DNA from: a bacterium
GTDB lineage: Bacteria > SZUA-182 > DTGQ01
Assembly (NCBI GenBank): GCA_040752695.1
Contig: JBFMGO010000086.1
Coordinates: 1 to 26,670, forward strand
Length of the DNA: 26,670 nucleotides
Direction of reading: 5' to 3'
Part shown: positions 16,411 through 24,697 of the stretch, in pieces
Layout: the number at the start of each line of letters is the position of its first letter
How positions within the stretch are numbered: the stretch's first letter is position 1
Position numbers and translations under genes: made by a program
Notes under the pieces: generated by a model
The model's database searches: none
What the model was told of the DNA's origin: nothing
What the model saw: the letters and a program-made list of their open reading frames with translations, nothing else

Positions 16411-19400
16411 TTTTCAAGGTAGACAGCCATATCCGGGTGGTCCGGGCCAAGGATTTTTTCCCAGATCGGCAGTGCTCGGCCATAGAGCTGCTCTGCCTCC
16501 TGGTACCTGCCCTGGCCGTAGTAGAGTGCGGTCAGGTTGCTGATGCTCTGGGCCAGATTCGGGTGGTCCGGGTCAAGGAGCTTTTCCCACATCGCCATCG
16601 CCCGTTTGTAGAGCGGTTCTGCCTCGGCGTGTTTAGCCTGGACATGATAGAGTATGGCCAGGCTGTTGAGACTTGCAGCTATGTCCGGGTGGTCAGGGCC
16701 GAGGATCTTTTCCCTGATTGCTAGGGCGCGCCTTAGGAGCGGCTCTGCCTCGGCGTATTGGCCCTGGCTGCGGTGGAACTCTGCCAGGTTGCTGAGGTTT
16801 TGGGCAACGCTCGGGTGGTCCGGGCCAAGGGATTTTTCCCAGATCGACAGGGCACGCCTTGAGATCGGCTCTGCCTCGGCGTACTTGCCCTGGCTGTTAT
16901 AGATCGCCACCAGGTTGTTGAGGCTGGTGGCTACATCCGGATGATCAGGGCCAAGGGCTTTCTCTCTGATGGCCAGGGCCCGCTTATGGAGCTTTTCCGC
17001 TTCTGCGTATTTGCCCTGACCGCTGCACAGTACAGCCAGATTATTGAGACTTTGGGCCACATCCGGATGATCAGGGCCAAGGGCTTCCTTCCACGCTGCC
17101 AGCGCCCGCCTGTAGAGCTTTTCCGCTTCTGCAAAGTCACCCTGGACATAGTAGAGCCTTGCCAGATTATCGAGGTTTCTGGCCACATTCGGATGCCCCG
17201 ATCCAAGTACATCCTGTTTGATCGACAATGCCTTCCTGTAGAGCGGCTCTGCCTCTGCATACCGGGCATGGTCATCGTAAAGTACAGCCAGATTGTTGAG
17301 ACCTTGGGCCATATACAGGCTATCATGACTCAGAGTTTTCTGCCACGCCTCTGCTGGCGAATGTTTACAGAGTACGCTGGGAAGCAGCTCAGCTTCAACC
17401 ATGATGCTTCTGCTTTGGATATCGTAGAGCGCCCTGAAATTACTGAAACGTGCGGCAATACTCGAATAAGACGCGCGTGTGAAGGACTTATTTGATGGAA
17501 CGGTCTTATCTGGTTGGGTTCTGTCTGACGGGGCAGTGCCTGGCTGGGCAATGCCTGGCGGGGCTGTGTCTGGCTGGGTTGTATCTCGCGAGATTATGTC
17601 TGGCGGCGTTATATCAGGCAGGGTAATGCCTGGTGCGACTGTGTCTGGTAAGATTACATCTAGTGGGACAATGCCTGACGGGATTATACCTGGCCATGTA
17701 ATGCCTGGCGGGACTATCCCTGGTGCGGCTATGTCTGGCGGGGCAACGCCTGGATGAACAGGGCCGGGGATTTTCTTTATAGTGGCCTGTCTTATCCAGT
17801 GAGGCGGTACTGCTTCACCGTACATTGCCTGTCTGCCGCTGTGCACCGTTAATTTATCAGAGCCTGTATCTGCTGCTGCATCTTCGTCTCTGCCTGTGTC
17901 CGTGTCTTTGTCTCTGCCTGTGTCTGCATCTGTACCTGCATCTGTACCTGTCTTTGTGCCTGTTTTCATGTCTCTAGCTGTATCTGTGCCTTGGCCTATG
18001 CTTTGAGGTGTCGGCTGGGGATAATCACCAAGGCCAAGGATCCTCTCCCAGATCGCCAATGCCTGCTTATAGAGAGGCTCAGCAGCAGAATATTGGTTGC
18101 GCTTATACAGATAATAGCCTGCCTGGTTGAGGAGACGTGCTGCTTCCTGGAATGTAAAGCGCAGATTCTCAATGTCCTTTGCAGTACTCAGTGTGTGGGG
18201 AAGGAGACGATCACACAAAGGCCAATGTGATGATCGCTCAATATCCGGAAAGACCCGATCCAGTGCCCGGACAGCACGCTCAGCCCAGAGTCGATAATTG
18301 ACTTTATCCATGCCGCTTCTTAGCACTGCCTGCACGAGTCGGTGGACGCTGAAGGTATTTGAATCAGGTTCGAAGCTGATCAGGGAATAGCGGATCAAAG
18401 GCTCCAGCAGCGCCCGGTTCGCCAGCAGATTCATCGCCTTATTGCTGATGCAGGCACCAGGCTCTATAGGCCGGGCACTATATGCCTCGCTTATATCTTC
18501 TGTGTCTGCAATATTCTCTCTATCCCCTCTATTTCCTATGATTCTTATAGCCCCTATAGCTCCTCCTCTGGTTCCTGGAGTTCCTATAGCCCTGGCATTT
18601 TCAGTATCCCATGCATCTCCTGCATTCCCTGTATCGCCTGCATCATTTCCTGCGTCGTCTGCATCGTGTGTGCCTGAATCGGCCAGTGCAGCACAGAGAG
18701 CAGGGCCAAGCTGCGATGCCCCGTTGGTCAGAAGCTCAGAGGGAATGCCATCCGGAGCCAGGAAAGCACTAAAGCGCAAAAGGTCTGACGCAGCCTCGGA
18801 TATTTTTCCCACCTCCCGAAGGTTCATTGCCAGGGTAATAGCAACCGGTGCAGGGTAATCATTTACTCTCGCATAGGTATAAGCGTGAGCTTGCGCTTTC
18901 ATTCCTGTGCGTGTTCCTGCTGGGGGGGGTTCTCCTTCTGTCGATGTGGACACTGGTCTTTTGTGCAGATTCAAGCTGTACATGCGATAACGGGCCAGGC
19001 AATCCTGAAAACTCATCTTCTTGGCCACAATGTAAGCCCCTGCCAGCTCAAGGGCCAGAGGGATGCAGCCGAGTTCATGGACAAGAGCAGTGGCAGCATG
19101 CTTCTCAGCAGAGTCATTGTTATCGACATAGCTATTGACATCGTTATCGATACCACTATCGGCATCACTGGTGATATTACCATTGACATTGCTATCAGCG
19201 TCACTAGAGGCATCGCTAGCGGCACCATTGGCGGCGGCGTCATCTTCCCCTCCATCGTCACTGCCATTTGCGTCGAAATTTGCACCGCAAATTCCACTAC
19301 AAATTCCATTGCAAATTGCACAGTCATCTGCGCTTCCATCCGCACTGCTATCTGCATCACCGGCATCACCTGTACAGTCGCCGGTCTCATCGGCATCGTC

Positions 19401-20276
19401 AGAGGAATCGATGCCAGCATACGCATCAGCATCGGTGCTACGGGCCTCCCCGGCCCGTCCGGTGCGTATGAGAAGGAACTGCACAGATTCGTCTGGCTGC
19501 ATTTCTTTCACTTCGACCTGCCTGACTGCTCCGCCCGCAGCATCAGCCGGAAGATTGAAGGCTTGAGCCCGGGAGGTGAGCAGAATCTGGCCACGCAGAA
19601 TATGAATTTGCGGCTGGCAGGGGAGAAATTCTTTGATCAAATCCGGATGGTCGGCATTATCGAAGACCAGGAGCCAACGGGTATTTTCCTCCAGCCAATG
19701 CCTTACTGCGGCCACTATAAGGCTTTGATTCTGTGCATCCTTTTCGTATAGGTTTAATAGTCTTGCCAGAGTGGCAATGTCCCGCAGCATTGTCTCACGC
19801 GACAAGGCATTAATCCAAAGTACACCCTTATAATGATTCTTATAACGGTACGCATACTCGATGGCTATTTGCGTCTTGCCGATTCCGCCTGGACCGTGAA
19901 TAACCAGGATATAGGACTGTGTCTGGATCTGGTGCTGTGTCTGGATCTGTGACTGAGTTTGGGACTGTGACATAGACTTTGTCTGGGCTGGTTCCCCGTT
20001 AAGGGTGATCGCAGCATGCAATTTCTGGAGAATCTCCTTGCGGCCTGTGAAAAAAGAATCCGGCAGTGGTACATTCCATAACCGCCAACTCCTGGCCTCG
20101 TCCGAGATTGCCACGCCCGATGTTGCCTGACCTGAGCTTGCATGGCCTGAATCCGCCTGGTCTGAATATATCTGGTCTGAATTCGCTTGATCAGGGGCTA
20201 TCCTGCCTATGTTCGCCTGGTTTGAATTAGTTTGGTTTGAGTTTACTTTGAGCTTCTTATCCATATTTATATCCAT
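16320..20276 (-). CDS. STAND (NB-ARC-like) NTPase with C-terminal 42-aa TPR repeats (NLR-like), with several low-complexity insertions
   Basis: FTGR, Walker A GPGGIGKT, Walker B WLLVFDNAD, ILLTSR, LGCIPLAL, VHRLVQ; seven intact GPDHPxVAxSLNNLA-type repeats plus a capping repeat. Confidence 0.92.
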   Translation of the reverse strand: MDINMDKKLKVNSNQTNSNQANIGRIAPDQANSDQIYSDQADSGHASSGQATSGVAISDEARSWRLWNVPLPDSFFTGRKEILQKLHAAITLNGEPAQTKSMSQSQTQSQIQTQHQIQTQSYILVIHGPGGIGKTQIAIEYAYRYKNHYKGVLWINALSRETMLRDIATLARLLNLYEKDAQNQSLIVAAVRHWLEENTRWLLVFDNADHPDLIKEFLPCQPQIHILRGQILLTSRAQAFNLPADAAGGAVRQVEVKEMQPDESVQFLLIRTGRAGEARSTDADAYAGIDSSDDADETGDCTGDAGDADSSADGSADDCAICNGICSGICGANFDANGSDDGGEDDAAANGAASDASSDADSNVNGNITSDADSGIDNDVNSYVDNNDSAEKHAATALVHELGCIPLALELAGAYIVAKKMSFQDCLARYRMYSLNLHKRPVSTSTEGEPPPAGTRTGMKAQAHAYTYARVNDYPAPVAITLAMNLREVGKISEAASDLLRFSAFLAPDGIPSELLTNGASQLGPALCAALADSGTHDADDAGNDAGDTGNAGDAWDTENARAIGTPGTRGGAIGAIRIIGNRGDRENIADTEDISEAYSARPIEPGACISNKAMNLLANRALLEPLIRYSLISFEPDSNTFSVHRLVQAVLRSGMDKVNYRLWAERAVRALDRVFPDIERSSHWPLCDRLLPHTLSTAKDIENLRFTFQEAARLLNQAGYYLYKRNQYSAAEPLYKQALAIWERILGLGDYPQPTPQSIGQGTDTARDMKTGTKTGTDAGTDADTGRDKDTDTGRDEDAAADTGSDKLTVHSGRQAMYGEAVPPHWIRQATIKKIPGPVHPGVAPPDIAAPGIVPPGITWPGIIPSGIVPLDVILPDTVAPGITLPDITPPDIISRDTTQPDTAPPGIAQPGTAPSDRTQPDKTVPSNKSFTRASYSSIAARFSNFRALYDIQSRSIMVEAELLPSVLCKHSPAEAWQKTLSHDSLYMAQGLNNLAVLYDDHARYAEAEPLYRKALSIKQDVLGSGHPNVARNLDNLARLYYVQGDFAEAEKLYRRALAAWKEALGPDHPDVAQSLNNLAVLCSGQGKYAEAEKLHKRALAIREKALGPDHPDVATSLNNLVAIYNSQGKYAEAEPISRRALSIWEKSLGPDHPSVAQNLSNLAEFHRSQGQYAEAEPLLRRALAIREKILGPDHPDIAASLNSLAILYHVQAKHAEAEPLYKRAMAMWEKLLDPDHPNLAQSISNLTALYYGQGRYQEAEQLYGRALPIWEKILGPDHPDMAVYLENYADLLRKTNRDTEAAEVEARAKALRSAQP

Positions 20277-20504
20277 TCCATATTTATATCCATTTTAAAA
20301 GGTGCCTCTCTTTGGCTGGCTCGTGGCAGCCATCTATTGTATAAGTCTGCGTAGGTTTGTCTTGTGCCTTCGGGATATCATTTTTTAAGGATATCATTCT
20401 GATAAGGGGATTCTGCCAGTTCGAATATATACTATAGATCTCAGGGTCAATAGTTTCAATAATCTCAACTATCGCCCCCTCTCGATCAGGGAATATGCCT
20501 TTTC

Positions 20505-20644
20505 TAGAGCGGCTTCCACTTAACAAAACTAGAGAAGACAAAACCCCCTTCCGTCCCTTTTGGAAAAAGGGGAGTGATAAATGCCCTGATAGCGGTTTAC
20601 GCTTGGCCAGTCTCCTTGAGTGCATACAACTGGTGACCGCTATA
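20505..20644. mobile_element. Second, more degenerate MITE-like element of the 9907-10073 family
   Basis: Left tagagcggcttccactt resembles tatagcggtttccactt; right tacaactggtgaccgctata resembles cacaattgagaaccgctata; internal cccttttggaaaaaggg palindrome. Confidence 0.5.
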
Positions 20645-21350
20645 AAAAGGGGGCGCGAGGAGGTCTTCAACTCCAGGTTAATTTCTGGAAATCTCTACCT
20701 TGGCAATGTTAGATCAGATCACTATCCGGGGAGAGATGCCAGCCTTTGATAAAGGACATTTCTCATCGAATGTCAATGATTGACTCAATATAACACCAGT
20801 TAACAATAAGTATTATCACCTAAAGTTACTGAAGTCAAATCAGCTATACTTAAATTTGGTAGATAATCTTGGAATTAATGAAGTAAAAAGCGGAGCGAAA
20901 AATTATTCCACGAAGCAGCAGCTTGTATCAGTTTAAATAAGCGCCAGGATGGCGCTTTCACTTGTAGCGCCACAAGTGCATTGACATCAATGGGTTATCA
21001 TGTATATATGTATCATGTACATGAAATAAGAGGGATGGACGCTTCCAGCCCGCTTAAATGAGCGCCAGGGATGACTTGAATACCCAGCCATATAAACTCT
21101 GTCAACTGTCCTTGGCTGGCTTCTGAAGTATAGATGGACCATTTGAAATGTTCAAGTGAAATGCTTAAAGTGGAATAGTTGATTGGCATATACAGCAAAT
21201 TATCCAGCAAATGGAAGCAATATCGTGCGTGGTCATTGGAATGGCAATGATATGATTTTGATTCCAAAAAGAACTTTGGGGCCTTTTAGGAGCCTCAATT
21301 TTTAGGGGTATTAAAGAAGATAACTTATTGATTTTTATAGCTAATGAATA

Positions 21351-21422
21351 AGCGGGCAACGGGATTTGAACCCGCGACTCCAAGCTTGGGAAGCTTGTAC
21401 TCTACCGCTGAGTTATGCCCGC
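21351..21422 (-). tRNA. tRNA-Gly (anticodon CCC), CCA not encoded
   Basis: GCGGGCATAACTCAGCGGTAGAGTACAAGCTTCCCAAGCTTGGAGTCGCGGGTTCAAATCCCGTTGCCCGCT: acceptor stem, CAAGC/GCTTG anticodon stem, GTTCAAATC T-loop, U discriminator. Confidence 0.97.
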
Positions 21423-21436
21423 TTTTTCAAGTTTGG

Positions 21437-21465
21437 ATTATACAAAGGGGGAGAATAGATGTCAA
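21437..21465 (-). promoter_or_regulatory. Consensus sigma70 promoter of tRNA-Gly
   Basis: Minus strand TTGACA-17 nt-TATAAT, 14 nt upstream of the mature tRNA. Confidence 0.88.
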
Positions 21466-21954
21466 TAAAATTGTAAGAAATAACGAACAGCAATATGATG
21501 AGCTCATCACAATTGTAGGGAAACAAGGAGTGAGTAAAGCATCTCTCACGAGAGGGAATAATATCTTTTATGAAGAGGCTGAGCGGCTTTTCCAAACGGA
21601 ACGATACTATATGTAGGTAGAAACTAGAGGAGAGGTAATTAGGATAATATATAGATCACTATATAGTAATGAATAATAAAATTATTAGCAATATCCTAAA
21701 TAGCATAGTACTGGATAGGATAAGGCAGTATGGCATCGGAACAGGATAAAGAGGCATGACCATAACGAGTCTGTATACTCATGAGATTGCAGGCAAGGGA
21801 AAACTGTAACCCTGTTTTGGGTAACTGATTATGCCGGTTACCGGAGGTTTTGGGATGACCTCTAAGCTGAAATGATGAAATGACCTATTAATATCAAATA
21901 GTATCATAAAACAGTATAGAAATATTTATACTATAAGTGTAGACTATAAGTAGT

Positions 21955-22430
21955 GCAGGAATAGGATGCAGGAACGGGATGCAGGAATAAGATGTAAGGT
22001 GCAGGAATAGGATGCAAGAATAAGACGCAGGAATAAGCGACTGGCATTAGATACAGGCATACATTTTCAGAAGTAGTATCCAGGAATATTATCCGGGAGT
22101 AAATTCCAGGGATAAGATCCAGGAATAAGACACAGAAATAAGATAGAGAAATTACGATACAGAAGTAAGCCAGAGAAGTAGATCGTAGCAATAAACCAGA
22201 GCAGTATGCCCAGAAATCAACCATAAAATAAGCAGTAACCATAAAATAAGCGGTAATCATACAAGAACCGGTAATCATATAAAAACGAGCGATCAGGCAT
22301 AAGTGACAATCGCAGAAGTGCGATATAAATTATAGTACAGGCCGCGGGAATGACGAATAACGTGCGGAAGTAGCAGGAATGACAAATAACGTACGGAAGT
22401 AGCAGGAGTGACGAATAAAGTGCGGAAGTG
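21955..22430. repeat. Compound tandem-repeat tract: 13-bp, 18-bp and 29-bp families
   Basis: gcaggaataggat-type (21955-22170), aaccataaaataagc(a/g)gt (22219-22290), gc(g/a)ggaatgacgaataacgtgcggaagta x3 (22344-22430). Confidence 0.88.
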
Positions 22431-22509
22431 GATGATAATCTATCTGGTCGCGTATTTACCATGCAGTGCAATTGAAATATAGGCGTACGATGGAAGTCTT
22501 AGAGCCGAA

Positions 22510-24642
22510 ATGGAAGTCTCGAAGCCGAAAATGTCAGAAGGGAGATTCCGCAGGATGGGATTACCCGGGATGAAATTGTTCAGGCTGAGGGTTTTAAAAT
22601 CAAAATTATCCAGACGGTTATTACTATTCTGCTCCCTGATCGTTTGCTTTATCCTTGGGGGGATAACGGCCGGGCTGGTCACTGTCTATCTTTCGCAGCT
22701 TCCCCAGCTTGAGTGGCTGGAGGAGTATTTTCCTCCTGTTTCAACCATGGTTTATTCGGATGACGATAAACTGATCTCTCAGTTTTATCAGGAGCAGCGG
22801 GTATTTACTCCTTTGGCCGAGATGCCGGAATATCTCATCAATGCCTTTCTGGCAGTAGAAGACGAAGATTTTTATTCCCATCGCGGTGTCGATTTTACTG
22901 CTATTTTACGCGCTTTTTACGTCAATTTCAGGGCTGGAAAGATTAAAGAGGGGGGGAGCACTATCACCCAGCAATTAGCCAAGGTATTGTTCCTGACGCC
23001 TGAGAGGAGTCTGGCCCGCAAGATCAAGGAGGCTGTTCTGGCCGTTCAGATCGAGCAAAGGTACACCAAGAACGAGATTCTGGAACTGTATCTCAACCAG
23101 ATATATCTGGGAAACGGGGCCTACGGCGTGGAATCTGCTGCCAGAGCCACGTTCGGCAAAAGTGTCAGGGACTTGAGTCTGCCCGAATGCGCGATGATTG
23201 CGGGGTTGCCCGGGTCACCAAACCGCTACTCTCCCCAAAACAATTTTTATCTGGCCCTGGAGAGGAGGAACCATGTTTTGCGCAGGATGCTGGAGGCGAA
23301 ATCCATTTCGCAGGAGCAGTTCCATTTCGCGGTCTCTTCCCCTTTGCGCACGACCTCGAAGCAGAGGGAAGAGCTTGCTTCGCATTTTATAGAACATATG
23401 CGCCAGTATTTGGAAGAAGAATATGGGGCCAACCTGTTGTACAAGGGCGGGCTTCATGTGTACACTACCTTGAACGAAAAGATGCAGAGAGCTGCCGAGA
23501 GGGCCGTGACTGCGGGGCTTGAGGCCATTGACACGCGCAGGGAGGAGAGCGGTTTGCAGAGGTGGGGGGATCAACTTACCGAGGCGGCCCTTTTAGCCAT
23601 TGATCCCTCCAATGGTTTTGTAAAGAGCATGGTGGGAGGGAGGGATTTTTTCCGCAGTAAATTTAACCGGGCCACTCAGGCCAGAAGGCAGCCGGGCTCA
23701 GCCATAAAACCGCTCATTTTTACTGCCGCTATCGAGAACGGGTATACTCCGGCAGATATCATCCTTGATTCACCCATTATTGTGGATGGCAGCGATAACG
23801 GCGGGAAAAAATGGAAGCCGGAAAACTTCAGTAAGCGGTTTTACGGGCCTACCACTCTGCGTACAGCCCTTGAGGAATCCCGGAATGTAGTGACGGTGAA
23901 ACTGGTCTATCAACTGGGGATTGATACGGCTATTTCCTACATCCATAAGATGGGCGTTACCAGTCCTGTAGACAGGGTCCCGTCCATAGCGCTTGGCACT
24001 TTCGGAGTCTCCTTGCTGGAATTAACCTCGTCTTACGCCCCTCTGGCCAATGGCGGGGAGAGGGTGGAGCCCTTATTTATCCGCAGGGTGACTGACCGTG
24101 AGGGGAGGGTGCTGGAGGAGAATACTGTCCGAAAAAGCAGTGTGATTTCACCCCAGACTGCTTATATCCTGACCAGCATGCTGCAAGGGGTAATTCAGCG
24201 GGGAACAGGGCGACCCGCCAGGATACTGCCCTATTCTCTGGCAGGAAAGACCGGAACAACGGACCGGTACGCGGACGCCTGGTTCATCGGCTATTCACCC
24301 GATCTGGTGGCCGGTGTCTGGGTGGGACTGGATAACAACCAGAGTCTGGGGCCGGAGGAAACCGGATCCCGGGCAGCCTGCCCGATCTGGGTAAGATTTA
24401 TGGGTCAGGTCCTGGGTGGTCAGGTCCTGGACGGTCAAAGCAAAGCCGGCACTTTCAGCGTACCGGAGGGGGTATCTTTTGTCTTTATCGATCCTGAAAC
24501 CGGCCTTCTGGCAGGAAATGACCAGCCGAATAAATTCCTGGAGGTTTTCAAAAACGGAACTGAACCGAAAGAATACAGCTCTTCCAGGAGAAAGAAGGTT
24601 AAGATCAGAGAGCACGACTTTTATTTGAATTTTATCGAGTGA
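22510..24642 (+). CDS. mrcA: Class A penicillin-binding protein 1A (true start may be 22531 or 22570)
   Basis: N-terminal TM helix; glycosyltransferase motifs EDEDF, GGSTITQQLAK, RKIKE and KNEILELYLN; transpeptidase motifs SAIK, SRN and KTGT. Confidence 0.93.
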   Translation: MEVSKPKMSEGRFRRMGLPGMKLFRLRVLKSKLSRRLLLFCSLIVCFILGGITAGLVTVYLSQLPQLEWLEEYFPPVSTMVYSDDDKLISQFYQEQRVFTPLAEMPEYLINAFLAVEDEDFYSHRGVDFTAILRAFYVNFRAGKIKEGGSTITQQLAKVLFLTPERSLARKIKEAVLAVQIEQRYTKNEILELYLNQIYLGNGAYGVESAARATFGKSVRDLSLPECAMIAGLPGSPNRYSPQNNFYLALERRNHVLRRMLEAKSISQEQFHFAVSSPLRTTSKQREELASHFIEHMRQYLEEEYGANLLYKGGLHVYTTLNEKMQRAAERAVTAGLEAIDTRREESGLQRWGDQLTEAALLAIDPSNGFVKSMVGGRDFFRSKFNRATQARRQPGSAIKPLIFTAAIENGYTPADIILDSPIIVDGSDNGGKKWKPENFSKRFYGPTTLRTALEESRNVVTVKLVYQLGIDTAISYIHKMGVTSPVDRVPSIALGTFGVSLLELTSSYAPLANGGERVEPLFIRRVTDREGRVLEENTVRKSSVISPQTAYILTSMLQGVIQRGTGRPARILPYSLAGKTGTTDRYADAWFIGYSPDLVAGVWVGLDNNQSLGPEETGSRAACPIWVRFMGQVLGGQVLDGQSKAGTFSVPEGVSFVFIDPETGLLAGNDQPNKFLEVFKNGTEPKEYSSSRRKKVKIREHDFYLNFIE

Positions 24643-24697
24643 GCCTTGTTTTTGATGATGGCTTGCAGCTCCGATGGAGCTTTTTGTCCTGTCAAAA

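Noticed and set aside
18442..19751. Long antisense and alternative-frame ORFs within the TPR gene (and similar shadow ORFs over the thi genes, mrcA and nrdJ)
   Set aside because: Explained by low-complexity or GC-rich codon structure; no recognisable motifs
20284..20749. ORFs upstream of the NLR gene as an effector partner
   Set aside because: They overlap a MITE-like element and short repeats; no recognisable domain
21840..21892. Fluoride-riboswitch-like words
   Set aside because: Required pairing and spacing not evident; no crcB/eriC-type gene downstream
21931..22471. Hydrophobic small ORFs on the minus strand
   Set aside because: They are translations of the tandem-repeat tract with no RBS or family motif
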